Positions 48,935-62,999 of a stretch of DNA of 64,000 nt are shown piece after piece. Source of the stretch: Candidatus Latescibacterota bacterium. GTDB lineage: Bacteria > Latescibacterota > UBA2968 > UBA8231. The first letter of the stretch is position 1; each line of letters starts with the position of its first letter. The stretch is taken from assembly GCA_965203355.1 (NCBI GenBank), contig OZ241889.1, forward strand, positions 128,001-192,000. Reading direction: 5' to 3'. A program made the position numbers and the translations under genes. The notes beneath the pieces were generated by a model that made no database searches, was not told where the DNA came from, and saw only the letters and a program-made list of their open reading frames with translations.

Positions 48935-50067
48935 GGTCGCGCCCTCGCCAAGCTAGGGTCAGGTGGCGGCATCCGAGCTGTTCCCCCTCGGCGCAAGCCG
49001 CGCCATAGGTCGGTCAACACCAACTGCGGATTGGCATTGTGCCTAAGGGCCTCGGCCACCCGATCGATTTCCAAGGCGACTCGGGCCGCATCTATTTTCT
49101 CTAGCAGCTCTGCCAAATAAGGACGCCGATCTACTTGGACGATGGACGCGCCGTGGCCGTGCGCCAACAGGAAGAGATCCCGTAGATACAGGCCACAGAC
49201 TTGCAAAAAACGATCTAATTGGCCCCGATCCCCCCCCAACTCCGCGAGGACGCTCCAATAGACTTCGTCCCGCTGCTCCGAACCACCGCTGAGAAACGAC
49301 TCAACTAGCTGTCGCGTTCCGTCAAACGCCCCGGCAGCCACCTCTTTGGCCTGCTGCAACGAGCCTGCCCCCATGCGTACGGCCAGTTCCAAACGCTCTC
49401 CAGTCACGCCCTCTTGTTCGAGCTGTGCCCGCAAGGTCGCTGCGTCTAAAGGGCTCAAAATCATGCGCTGGCAGCGCGAGAGTACGGTGGGCAAAACGCG
49501 CTCTGGTGCAGCCGAAACCAGCGCGATGACCGCCCGGGGCGGTGGCTCTTCCAAGAGCTTGAGCAGCGAATTGGCCCCGGCCGGGTGCATGCGCTCGGCG
49601 GCGAAGATCAAGCCGACTTTGCGCTGGGATTCCGTCGGCGCAAACGCCAACTCCTTTTGCAACTGGCGCAGGTGCTCCACCGCGATATTGGCGTTGCCGG
49701 GGAGCGCTGCGCCCGCGCCGTGAACGTACTCCACTACGGACTCGCGCAAGTCCGCCAGCACAAGCCGCTGCTTGCTTCGGCGAGGAGGTAGTGGCAATGC
49801 GGTGTGGAGGTCGGGATGTATGAACGAAGCGACCTTGCGACAACTTGGGCAACGATTGCAGGCGGCAGGGCCGCTGTCCATGCACAACAGGGCCTGCGCC
49901 CACGCGAGCGCAAAGCGTCGTTTACCGGTTCCCTCGGCCCCGCAGATGAGGACCGCATGGGGGATGCGGCCCGATTCAAGCCACGCTGCAGCCACGGCCC
50001 CAGCTCGATCTCGACGGACCAGACCGCTAAACTCCCCGGAGTGCGAGGTGCCGCCCGTGCTGTCCAA
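48928..50067 (-). CDS. holB: DNA polymerase III delta-prime subunit
   Basis: HAVLICGAEGTGK, C..C..C zinc site, HPD, ANSLLKLLEEP, LPTVLSRCQ. Confidence 0.88.
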   Translation of the reverse strand: MDSTGGTSHSGEFSGLVRRDRAGAVAAAWLESGRIPHAVLICGAEGTGKRRFALAWAQALLCMDSGPAACNRCPSCRKVASFIHPDLHTALPLPPRRSKQRLVLADLRESVVEYVHGAGAALPGNANIAVEHLRQLQKELAFAPTESQRKVGLIFAAERMHPAGANSLLKLLEEPPPRAVIALVSAAPERVLPTVLSRCQRMILSPLDAATLRAQLEQEGVTGERLELAVRMGAGSLQQAKEVAAGAFDGTRQLVESFLSGGSEQRDEVYWSVLAELGGDRGQLDRFLQVCGLYLRDLFLLAHGHGASIVQVDRRPYLAELLEKIDAARVALEIDRVAEALRHNANPQLVLTDLWRGLRRGGTARMPPPDPSLARARPW

Positions 50068-50075
50068 GCCAATCC

Positions 50076-51184
50076 CTATTTCTGCAACAGGCTCTCTTGG
50101 TTGTCCAGAGCAAAAAAGTGGGCTTTGTCGATCTCGACGGCCAACCGTACCGTTTGGTCAACTTGCGGCATGTGTAGCGGATCAACGCGGGCGACAAAAG
50201 CGGTCTTGCCGGTGGTCAGGTTGAGAAAGACCTCGTTGCCCATCGGTTCGACCACTTCGACCTTGGCTGCAACTTCGACGGTCTCGACATTGCGGCCAAT
50301 AGTATCCGGATCGTGGATGTCTTCCGGGCGGATGCCCAGCGTTACTTCCTGCCCCACGTAGCGGTCTAGCTGGTCGCCGTGGCCGGCGGGCAGGGAGAGT
50401 TGCACATTGCCTTCATCGAAGACTAGACCGCTGCCGTTGGCGGTCAGTGTACCGCGGATGAAGTTCATGGAGGGACTGCCGATAAAGCCGGCGACGAATT
50501 GGTTGACCGGTTTGTTGTAGGATGGAGGGGCTTGTCGATTTGCTGAATGAGGCCATCGCGCATGACCACGATGCGATCTCCCATAGTCATGGCCTCGACT
50601 TGGTCGTGTGTCACGTACACCATGGTGGCCCCTAGACGGGTATGCAACTTGCTGATCTCGGTGCGCATCTGCACCCTCAGCTTGGCGTCGAGGTTGGAAA
50701 GTGGCTCGTCAAAGAGAAACACCTTGGGCTTGCGAACAATGGCGCGCCCCACTGCCACGCGCTGGCGCTGACCGCCCGAAAGTGCCTTGGGTTTGCGCTC
50801 TAGCAGCTCTTGGATGCCGAGTATATCGGCTGCTTCTTGCACCCGCGCCTCAATCTCGGCTTTGGGGTATTTCCGCAGTTTGAGCCCAAAGGCCATGTTT
50901 TGATAGACGCTCATGTGCGGATAGAGTGCGTAATTTTGGAATACCATGGCGATATCGCGGTCCTTGGGCGGCACGTCGTTGACGATCGTCCCATCTATCG
51001 AGATCTCGCCAGCGGTGATTTCCTCAAGCCCGGCGATCATGCGCAGCGTTGTGGACTTGCCGCAGCCCGAGGGGCCGACGAGCACCACAAATTCCTTGTC
51101 CTTGATCTCGATATTGGCGTCGTCCACCGCCACCACGTCTTTGTCGTACACCTTGCGAACATTCTTCAGAATTACTTCGGCCAT
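50076..51184 (-). pseudogene. MalK/MsmX/UgpC-type sugar ABC ATPase, split by a 1-bp deletion near 50520
   Basis: [25 protein letters not shown] in 50465-51184. The C-terminal TOBE part is in another frame. CAT-C-C-TAC-AAC restores [22 protein letters not shown] if one T is added. Confidence 0.85.
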
Positions 51185-51255
51185 CGCGTCCCTCTTCTGC
51201 TGTTATAAGCTCTGGCGGTTATTTGTCGCCAAAGCGTTAAAGTATAATAAATAAC

Positions 51256-51711
51256 TTACAAAATCTCTATGTTGCATTCCATTAAAACGGCGGCGTCCGG
51301 GGGATCGCTGTAGTATGCCGCCCGTCGCCCTACGACCCGGAACCCCGCCTTGCAGTAGAGCACCTGTGCGGCCCGATTTGCCGAGCGCACTTCAAGCGTA
51401 CAGCAACTAGCGCCCTGTTCGGCGGCCACGCGCAACATCCGTCCCAACAACTGCCCACCCCACCCCTTGTTCCGATAGGCCGGATCGACCGCGAGATTGG
51501 CAAGATGAAAATAGCGCGCGGCGAAATAACCCAGCGCATAGCCGATTAATTCGCCGCAGTGCAAAAGCCCTAAACACAGGGCATCTCTATCTACGAGTAA
51601 ATGATAAAAATCGGCCTCGCTCCACGGATTAGCGAAAGAGCCTCGCTCAATCTCCATCACGCGATGCAGGTGGGTCGGCCCTAACGGAACGAAGCAACGC
51701 TCGCCGCTCAT
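51256..51711 (-). CDS. rimI: Ribosomal-protein alanine N-acetyltransferase
   Basis: Start at MSGER (51711), overlapping the tsaB stop. IERGSF.NPWS, NLAVDP.YR.KG.G, LEVRSAN, LY.KAGF...RAAYY. Confidence 0.9.
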   Translation of the reverse strand: MSGERCFVPLGPTHLHRVMEIERGSFANPWSEADFYHLLVDRDALCLGLLHCGELIGYALGYFAARYFHLANLAVDPAYRNKGWGGQLLGRMLRVAAEQGASCCTLEVRSANRAAQVLYCKAGFRVVGRRAAYYSDPPDAAVLMECNIEIL

Positions 51712-52406
51712 GCCCGCGCTAGGGGACGAGCATCGGGCGAGCGCAAGTAATCGGGTTCCACTGAGGCCAAATCCGCGGTTTGGCCCTTCTCCAGCTTGGA
51801 TAGCGCCAACCAGCCAATAGTTCCGGCGTCGGGACGGGCACAGGACAAGGGAGCAAATTGCGCGGCTGGATTGCCCGCTAGCAGCTCGCGATAGGCCGTG
51901 GCCCCGTCCCCAGTGAAAATCGTCGGCGCATTGGCGCGCTCTTGAGCCAACTGCGCTGGAGCGATGGCCCGGGGCGGTGCCAATTCTATCGGAACGCCCG
52001 TCGCCGTGTCGTAGAGCGCGGTATAAACCTCGCGCTTGCGTGCGTCGAGGACAGTACAAACAGGCATATGGGCAAAGGGCAGACGAGCAGCGAGTGCTTC
52101 CAGCGTTGAAACGGTCACCAGATCCTTACTCTCAACTAAACACAAGCCCTTAGCGGCACTCAGCCCGATTCGCAGACCAGTAAACGACCCCGGCCCAATC
52201 GAGACCGCTACGGCCCGCACTCCCTCGACATCTATATTTGCGGCCTCTAGTGCTGCCTCCACCTCGCCGAAAAGCCGCTGTGAATGCTGCAATCCCACGT
52301 CGAAATAGCGGCTGACAACGATCCCTGTTGCCGCACAGAGCGCCACGCTGCCGACCGGGGTAGCCGTATCCAACGCCAGAATCACGTCGCGACCGTGTAC
52401 ACTCAT
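51708..52406 (-). CDS. tsaB: t6A biosynthesis protein TsaB
   Basis: ILALDTAT, HS..L, GPGSFTGLRIG, LDARKREVY, P.YLR. Confidence 0.95.
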   Translation of the reverse strand: MSVHGRDVILALDTATPVGSVALCAATGIVVSRYFDVGLQHSQRLFGEVEAALEAANIDVEGVRAVAVSIGPGSFTGLRIGLSAAKGLCLVESKDLVTVSTLEALAARLPFAHMPVCTVLDARKREVYTALYDTATGVPIELAPPRAIAPAQLAQERANAPTIFTGDGATAYRELLAGNPAAQFAPLSCARPDAGTIGWLALSKLEKGQTADLASVEPDYLRSPDARPLARA

Positions 52407-53428
52407 AGAAGTTCCAATTGCTCGTCGGGGGTTGGTGGTGCTTCGAGGCCAAGACGCTCCCAAGCTCGCGGCATGGCCACGCGGCCTTTGGGGGTGCGCT
52501 TGATAAACCCTTCTTTGATCAAATAAGGCTCAACTACTTCCTCGATTGTCTCGGCCTCCTCGCCGATTGTGGCTGCCAGATTGCTTAGGCCGACCGGACC
52601 GCCGTTGAACTTTTCAATAATGGCCCGCAGCAACGTGATATCCATCTTATCGAGCCCCAACTCATCGACATCTTGGATGACGAGAGCCTTTTGCACCACC
52701 TCGACATGTATCTCGCCTTCGCCTTCCACTTGGGCAAAATCGCGCGCACGGCGCAGCCAACGCTTGGCAATCCGCGCCGTGCCGCGAGAGCGACGGGCAA
52801 TTTCCATCGCGCCCGACTCTGAGACCAATAGATTTAGCAGGCGAGCGTCGCGCTTGACGATGGCAGCGAGTTCGGCGACCGAGTAATAGTCGAGATGGGC
52901 ATTAAGCCCAAAGCGCGCACGCATCGGCGAAGTCAACAAGCCTTGGCGCGTGGTGGCCCCGATTAAGGTAAAAGGCTCCAAGGGTACGCTGACTGAGCGA
53001 GCGGCCGGCCCTTGGTCAATGATGATGTCAATTTTGAAGTCCTCCATCGCCGAGTACAGATATTCCTCAACCACGCGGTTGACGCGGTGAATCTCGTCGA
53101 TGAAGAGCACATCGCGCGGCTCCATGGTCGTGAGCATACCCGCCAAGTCGCTCGGACGCTCGAGCAAAGGCCCTGACGTGGGATAGATTTCAACGCCTAG
53201 CTCTTTGGCTATCACATACGAAAGCGTCGTCTTGCCCAGACCAGGCGGCCCGTATAGCAACACGTGATCCATGGCTTCGCCGCGCTGACGAGCCGCTTCA
53301 ATGGCAATGCCGAGTTGCTGCTTGGTCTTCTTTTGGCCCAGCATCTCGGCAAGGGACTGAGGACGTAGGGTATGATCGAACTGAAGGTCGTCGTTGCTGC
53401 CACTAGGCTCTATGGGTCGATGGTCCAT
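52403..53428 (-). CDS. ruvB: Holliday junction branch migration helicase RuvB
   Basis: LRP..L....GQ, GPPGLGKTT, FIDEIHR, FTLIGATT, GGPVG, EPYL. Confidence 0.98.
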   Translation of the reverse strand: MDHRPIEPSGSNDDLQFDHTLRPQSLAEMLGQKKTKQQLGIAIEAARQRGEAMDHVLLYGPPGLGKTTLSYVIAKELGVEIYPTSGPLLERPSDLAGMLTTMEPRDVLFIDEIHRVNRVVEEYLYSAMEDFKIDIIIDQGPAARSVSVPLEPFTLIGATTRQGLLTSPMRARFGLNAHLDYYSVAELAAIVKRDARLLNLLVSESGAMEIARRSRGTARIAKRWLRRARDFAQVEGEGEIHVEVVQKALVIQDVDELGLDKMDITLLRAIIEKFNGGPVGLSNLAATIGEEAETIEEVVEPYLIKEGFIKRTPKGRVAMPRAWERLGLEAPPTPDEQLELL

Positions 53429-53438
53429 AACCGAGCCT

Positions 53439-54029
53439 TCAGCGTTCCTTGAGGGCCAGTTTGACTAGCTCTTGCACCCTTAGATCGGTGCCGTGCTTTT
53501 CGACAGCCTTGCGTACCGCTTGGCGAGCCGCCGGCGCTGCGTATCCCAACGTCATCAGCGCCTTTGCTGCCTCCTCGCTCGTGCCGGGTCTGGCCCCCAA
53601 GGCCGCTTCGCCTGCCGCGGCAGCACTCAAACGAATCTTGTCCTTTAGATCGAGCACTAAGCGTTCCGCGGTCTTGCGACCAATGCCTTTGATCGCCGTC
53701 AGTTCGGTTACGCGCTCCTGTAAGATGGCCTCCTGTAAGTCGCGCAGAGTCATACCCGACAGCACGGTCAACGCCGAATGAGGGCCAATGCCCGAAACGC
53801 CTATCAGCAACTCAAAGACCTCCCGCTCTTCCTCATCGGCAAAGCCGAAAAGTTCCATGCGGTCTTCGCGCACATAGAGATAGGTGGACAAATGGACCGC
53901 TTCGGAGGTTAGGGGTAGTTGATCGAAAGTAATTAGGGATATGGCCAAGCCATACCCCACACCCCCGACGTCGACGACGGCATGGGTGGGTGATTTGGAC
54001 AGAAGTGTTCCGCGCAGGTGTGTTATCAC
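53439..54029 (-). CDS. ruvA: Holliday junction DNA-binding protein RuvA
   Basis: GGVGY, VRED..LFGF, VSGIGP, GIGRKTAERL..L, ALMTLGY. Confidence 0.97.
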   Translation of the reverse strand: MITHLRGTLLSKSPTHAVVDVGGVGYGLAISLITFDQLPLTSEAVHLSTYLYVREDRMELFGFADEEEREVFELLIGVSGIGPHSALTVLSGMTLRDLQEAILQERVTELTAIKGIGRKTAERLVLDLKDKIRLSAAAAGEAALGARPGTSEEAAKALMTLGYAAPAARQAVRKAVEKHGTDLRVQELVKLALKER

Positions 54030-54037
54030 GGATATAC

Positions 54038-54577
54038 CTAACGCCGTACCATGCGGCTGAGCAAGGTCTCTATCTCAGGCTTGCGATGGCCTCGGCCCTC
54101 GCATAAAACTCGGCCGGACTGCTGGGTGTGACATAGCGCGATGGCCAAGGCATCTGATGCGTCGAGAGGCTTGGGTCGTTTCTCCAGACCCAAGCTACGG
54201 GCCACCATGAACTGGACCTGTTGCTTGGTCGCTTGGCCATTCCCGGTCACCGCTCTTTTAACCATCGTAGGCGCATAGTGGGAAATGGGCAAGCCGGCTT
54301 TGCGCATGGCAATGAGCAGGACGCCTCGCGCTTGGCCCAGCTTGGCCGCCGCGGTGGCGTCCTTACCAAAGAATGTGGTTTCGATCGCGCTTTCGTCTGG
54401 GGCGTATTCGCCGACGAGCCGCGTCATTTCATCGAATATGAAAACCAGCCGGTCCTCAAACGCATCTTCCTTAGGGCGAATACAGCCGCAGGCAACATAG
54501 CAGGCTTTGCGCTTGCTGTATTCGACGAAGCCGTAGCCTGTGCTCGTGCTGCTAGGATCTACTCCAAGAACAAGCAA
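54038..54577 (-). CDS. ruvC: Holliday junction resolvase RuvC
   Basis: LGVDP....GYG, AIE..FF, LGQARG, VK.AVTG.G.ATK.QV, DASDALAIA. Confidence 0.96.
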   Translation of the reverse strand: MLVLGVDPSSTSTGYGFVEYSKRKACYVACGCIRPKEDAFEDRLVFIFDEMTRLVGEYAPDESAIETTFFGKDATAAAKLGQARGVLLIAMRKAGLPISHYAPTMVKRAVTGNGQATKQQVQFMVARSLGLEKRPKPLDASDALAIALCHTQQSGRVLCEGRGHRKPEIETLLSRMVRR

Positions 54578-54589
54578 AGCGAAGACCCG

Positions 54590-55348
54590 CTAGTCCTGAG
54601 CCATGAGTTTTTCCAGTTCGTCTTCTCGGAGGTCGAAATTGGAAAAAACCTTCTGTACGTCGTCTAAATCCTCCAATGCTTCGAGGAGGCGGATGATTTT
54701 CTCGGCCTCTTCGCCTTGTACCTCGAGCATGTTTTCGCGTCTGGGCATCCAAGCCAACGTCGCTTGGGCGAAGGCGATGCCGTTGTCTTCTAGGGCCTTT
54801 TTAACCGGCTCCAAGTCGGCAACCGGAGTCGTTACCTCGTGGACTTGATCGCCGTCTTGGATATCCTCGCCTCCCGCATCTACGATCGCCAATAGGAGGT
54901 CGTCTTCGGAGACATTGGTCTTGTCCACTTCGATAACGCCTTTGTGTTCGAACATCCAGGCTACTGCTCCACTCTCTGCTAGATTGCCGTTGTACTTAGT
55001 AAATATGTGGCGGATTTCCGAAACCGTGCGGTTGCGGTTGTCCGATAGGGTTTCAACGATGATGGCCACCCCACCGGGTCCATAGCCTTCAAAAAGTCCT
55101 TCCTCGTATATCGCCCCCGGCTCGTCGCCAGTGCCTCGGCGTATGGCTCGCTCAATGGTTGCGGCGGGCATGTTGGCCGCTTTGGCATTCTGGACTGCCG
55201 TGCGCAGACTTGGATTGGCCACCTCATCACCCCCGCTGCGGGCCGCCACTGAAATTTCGCGGATCAGCTTCGTAAAAATCTTGCCGCGCTTGGCGTCATT
55301 GGCACCTTTTTTGCGCTTAATTGTACTCCATTTGGAGTGGCCAGACAT
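54590..55348 (-). CDS. yebC: YebC/PmpR-family protein
   Basis: Start at MSGHSKWSTIKRKKG (55348). EGYGPGG, DNRNRT, LEDLDDVQ.VFSN. Confidence 0.96.
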   Translation of the reverse strand: MSGHSKWSTIKRKKGANDAKRGKIFTKLIREISVAARSGGDEVANPSLRTAVQNAKAANMPAATIERAIRRGTGDEPGAIYEEGLFEGYGPGGVAIIVETLSDNRNRTVSEIRHIFTKYNGNLAESGAVAWMFEHKGVIEVDKTNVSEDDLLLAIVDAGGEDIQDGDQVHEVTTPVADLEPVKKALEDNGIAFAQATLAWMPRRENMLEVQGEEAEKIIRLLEALEDLDDVQKVFSNFDLREDELEKLMAQD

Positions 55349-55465
55349 CGGCTTTATCTCCTTGCCAATCCCGTCCGTGCGCTCACTACTCAAATCAAAG
55401 GCACCGTTCGGAGAAATCGGCTGTTTTCTATAGACAGTATTAAGATAAAAAAACCCGCGCAATCC

Positions 55466-55506
55466 AAAAAGCAAAGGGCCGCCGACCGCTTGGCCGACCG
55501 CCCTTC
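55466..55506 (-). terminator. Probable intrinsic terminator after EF-G2
   Basis: Minus strand GGGCGGTCGGCCAAGCGGTCGGCGGCCC followed by TTTGCTTTTT. Imperfect GC stem. Confidence 0.5.
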
Positions 55507-55528
55507 ACAATGGGTAGAAACAAGCCTC

Positions 55529-57598
55529 TCAGGCCGCTTCTTTGCCCTTGTCTTTCTGCGAGTTCTCGATGATTTTAGCCATGATGTCCCCGGGAACTTC
55601 CTCGTAGCGGTCGAATCGCTGCGTATGGAATCCCTTGCCCTGCGTCATGGAGCGCACCAACGTGGCGTAACGGTCTATTTCGGCTAGGGGGGCCTCGGCG
55701 TGGATGACTTGGAAATGGCCGTTCGCGTCCATGCCGCTGATCCGACCGCGCCGCGACGAGAGGTCGCCCATTACGTCGCCCATAAATTCCTCGGGCACCG
55801 TAATCTCCAACTGATAAATAGGCTCTAGCAGAATTGGCCTGGCCTTGAGGAAGGCGTCTTTGAAGGCATGGGAACTGGCTAATTTAAAAGAAACTTCATC
55901 CGAATCTACCGGGTGGTACTTACCGTCGTACACAGTAACCGCCACATCAATGACTTGGTAACCGGCCACTGGCCCCTCGCTCAGCGTCTCGACGATGCCC
56001 TTTTCCACCGCCGGGATGAAGTTGCTCGGTATATTGCCGCCGACGACCTCATTGAGAAACTCAAAACCTTCACCGCGCCCTTTAGGGGCAATGCGTAGAA
56101 ACACCTCGCCAAACTGCCCTCGTCCACCCGACTGCTTCTTGTGCCGATATTGCGCATCGGCATTGCCGCGGATCGTTTCTCGATACGGAATCCGCGGCAC
56201 CTCCATATCAATCTCCACGCCAAATCGCCCTTTCAGCCGGCTAACGATAGTTTCCAGATGCAACTCTCCTTGGGTCAACAGGATCGTTTGGCGGACCTCA
56301 CCGTCGTATTTCATAATGAAGCTCGGATCTTCCTCGCGCAATTGGGAAAGTCCGGTAGCGACGCGCCCCTCGCCTCCCTGCTCCTTGGCGTGAATAGCCA
56401 CTCGAATTAGCGGCTCAGGGAATGCAATGCCCGGAAGTTGTAGCGAGGCACCCTTGGCGCAAAGCGTATCGGTCGTATGGGTGTTCTTGAGCTTGACTAA
56501 GGCGACGATATCGCCAGCCTCGGCACTTGTGACTTCGGTCCGCTTGTTGCCGTTGAGGTGATAGATCTGTCCAATGCGCTCGGTGGCTCGCTTGTTTGAG
56601 TTGGCCACTTCGTCGCCGGGCTTGATCGCTCCAGAGAAAAGGCGTAGCAGAGAAAGCTCTCCTACGTGCTGCTCGGCCAAGGTCTTGAACACCAGAGCAG
56701 CCAAGGGCGCAGTAGCGGTACCTTCAAGCTCAACCTCCTGTTCCTCTCCATTTTGGAATCTGAGTCCTGCCGCTTCGGCAGGCGACGGTCCGTATTGCAC
56801 CAAGGCGTCCAGCAGGCGATCAATGCCGATATTGTTGTAGGAATCCCCAAAAAAGACCGGAAAAAATTCTAGCTGTAACACGGCTCGGCGCAGACCAGCA
56901 ACCATATCCTCTGTGGTTAATTCACCCTCGCTGAAATACTTCTCCATCAGTTCTTCGTCGGTCTCGGCGATGGATTCTACCAGTTGCTCGCGCAACTCTT
57001 CGGCGCGGCTCTGGACCTCGTCAGGTATGTCTCCTTCTGTGGCTCTACCATCTTGGTACACATAAGCTCTCATCGCAACCAGATCGACAATATGGTTGAA
57101 TCCCTCGCCGGGATTTACCGCCATTTGCAAAGGCACGACTTGGCGACCGAAACGCTCTTGAAGCATTTCTAAGACCTGATCGGCGTCGGCATCGGCTCGG
57201 TCCATCTTGTTGATGAATAGCACCCGAGGCAAATTGTAATCAGAAGCGAAATTCCAAGTCCGCTCAGTGCCGATCTCTATCCCGGTAACCGAATTGACGA
57301 CAGCGACCATCGCGTCGGATACGCGTAGTGCCGCCTTGGCTTCGGAGATAAAGTCTGCATACCCTGGCGTATCAATTATGTTGAGGTGATGATCTTCCCA
57401 CTGGCCGTTCAGCAAAGAGACCTTGAGCGAAATTTGACGCTCAATCTCGGCCGAATCGTAATCCGATGTCGTCGCCCCGTCATCAATGCGCCCCAAGCGA
57501 TTTACGACGCCCATGTTGAATAACATGGCCTCAGACAGCACTGTTTTACCTGCGCCGCTATGGCCACACAGAGAGAAGTTCCTCGTTTGTCCGCTCAA
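55529..57598 (-). CDS. Elongation factor G paralogue (EF-G2 / EF-G II)
   Basis: EF-G domain layout (DTPGYADF, NKMD, KKQSGGRGQFG, ILLEP) with divergent G1 GHSGAGKT and switch I RQISL. Confidence 0.9.
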   Translation of the reverse strand: MSGQTRNFSLCGHSGAGKTVLSEAMLFNMGVVNRLGRIDDGATTSDYDSAEIERQISLKVSLLNGQWEDHHLNIIDTPGYADFISEAKAALRVSDAMVAVVNSVTGIEIGTERTWNFASDYNLPRVLFINKMDRADADADQVLEMLQERFGRQVVPLQMAVNPGEGFNHIVDLVAMRAYVYQDGRATEGDIPDEVQSRAEELREQLVESIAETDEELMEKYFSEGELTTEDMVAGLRRAVLQLEFFPVFFGDSYNNIGIDRLLDALVQYGPSPAEAAGLRFQNGEEQEVELEGTATAPLAALVFKTLAEQHVGELSLLRLFSGAIKPGDEVANSNKRATERIGQIYHLNGNKRTEVTSAEAGDIVALVKLKNTHTTDTLCAKGASLQLPGIAFPEPLIRVAIHAKEQGGEGRVATGLSQLREEDPSFIMKYDGEVRQTILLTQGELHLETIVSRLKGRFGVEIDMEVPRIPYRETIRGNADAQYRHKKQSGGRGQFGEVFLRIAPKGRGEGFEFLNEVVGGNIPSNFIPAVEKGIVETLSEGPVAGYQVIDVAVTVYDGKYHPVDSDEVSFKLASSHAFKDAFLKARPILLEPIYQLEITVPEEFMGDVMGDLSSRRGRISGMDANGHFQVIHAEAPLAEIDRYATLVRSMTQGKGFHTQRFDRYEEVPGDIMAKIIENSQKDKGKEAA

Positions 57599-57676
57599 TT
57601 TGACTCCTCCTGAATTAAGAGAAGTGCCTAATTAATTGGCCTACCTTGGCGTTGTCAAGGTATTTTCCATAGACAC

Positions 57677-57708
57677 AAAAAAGCCCACCCCAAAGGGATG
57701 GGCTTTTT
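57677..57708 (-). terminator. rRNA operon terminator
   Basis: AAAAAAGCCCA-CCCCAAAGGGA-TGGGCTTTTT hairpin with T tracts on both strands, just after the 5S. Confidence 0.85.
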
Positions 57709-57715
57709 AAAAAAG

Positions 57716-57833
57716 ATCCGGCAGCGTCCTACTCTCCCACTAGGCGACCCCAGCAGTACCATCGGCGCAAGAGGGCTTAACGGCTCTGTTCGGAATGGGA
57801 AGAGGTGTTTCCCCTCCGCTATGACCACCGGAA
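57716..57833 (-). rRNA. rrf: 5S rRNA
   Basis: TTCCGGTGGTCATAGCGGAGGGGAAACACC..CCGAAC..GATGGTACTG..GGGAGAGTAGGACGCTGCCGG. Confidence 0.97.
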
Positions 57834-57913
57834 AACTCAAATTCTCTTCAACAACCGAATACAGGCCCACGCCAAAAGCAATGCAAAACTCCAGTATTGC
57901 TGCGATAATAAAT

Positions 57914-60936
<3,023 letters not shown>

Positions 60937-61052
60937 AAAATCACTGTCACAACACTACTAGAGGTAATGCATCACGGTGTTTCGAGCAGTAAGCACACAA
61001 CGTGCTTCCACTCGGTAAACCTTGATTATTAATTGGTATGAACCTGTATTCG

Positions 61053-61066
61053 ATTGTCAAAGAGCA
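61053..61066 (-). promoter_or_regulatory. Spacer boxA antitermination element
   Basis: TGCTCTTTGACAAT, next to the 23S processing stem (pairs with about 57851-57866). Confidence 0.75.
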
Positions 61067-61077
61067 AAAAGCCTGAA

Positions 61078-61154
<77 letters not shown>

Positions 61155-61243
61155 GAAAATCGAATAACGCACATGAGGACAGGTCAAAGAGTAAAACATT
61201 GACCTAGGCGGATAATGTCGGGAGTCTAGGACTCCCAATAATC

Positions 61244-62806
<1,563 letters not shown>

Positions 62807-62874
62807 GAAAAATTTGATATACCACTTTTTGCAAATCCAAGCTCTTCGACGCTGGACCCTCATGTACGTTATTC

Positions 62875-62889
62875 GATTTTCAAAGATCA
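62875..62889 (-). promoter_or_regulatory. Leader boxA and 16S processing stem
   Basis: TGATCTTTGAAAATC. 62858-62880 is complementary to 61156-61178. Confidence 0.7.
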
Positions 62890-62919
62890 ATCTTGCTCAA
62901 GTATCGAGCGTAACATTTA

Positions 62920-62948
62920 AAAATAAGATTCGACTCCCATTCTGTCAA
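62920..62948 (-). promoter_or_regulatory. rRNA operon sigma70 promoter
   Basis: TTGACA-N17-TATTTT preceded by an AT-rich UP-like tract. Confidence 0.65.
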
Positions 62949-62999
62949 GAGAAAAAAGTAAAATAGCGGCCTCAAAAACAGAGCCGATACAACCTTCCA

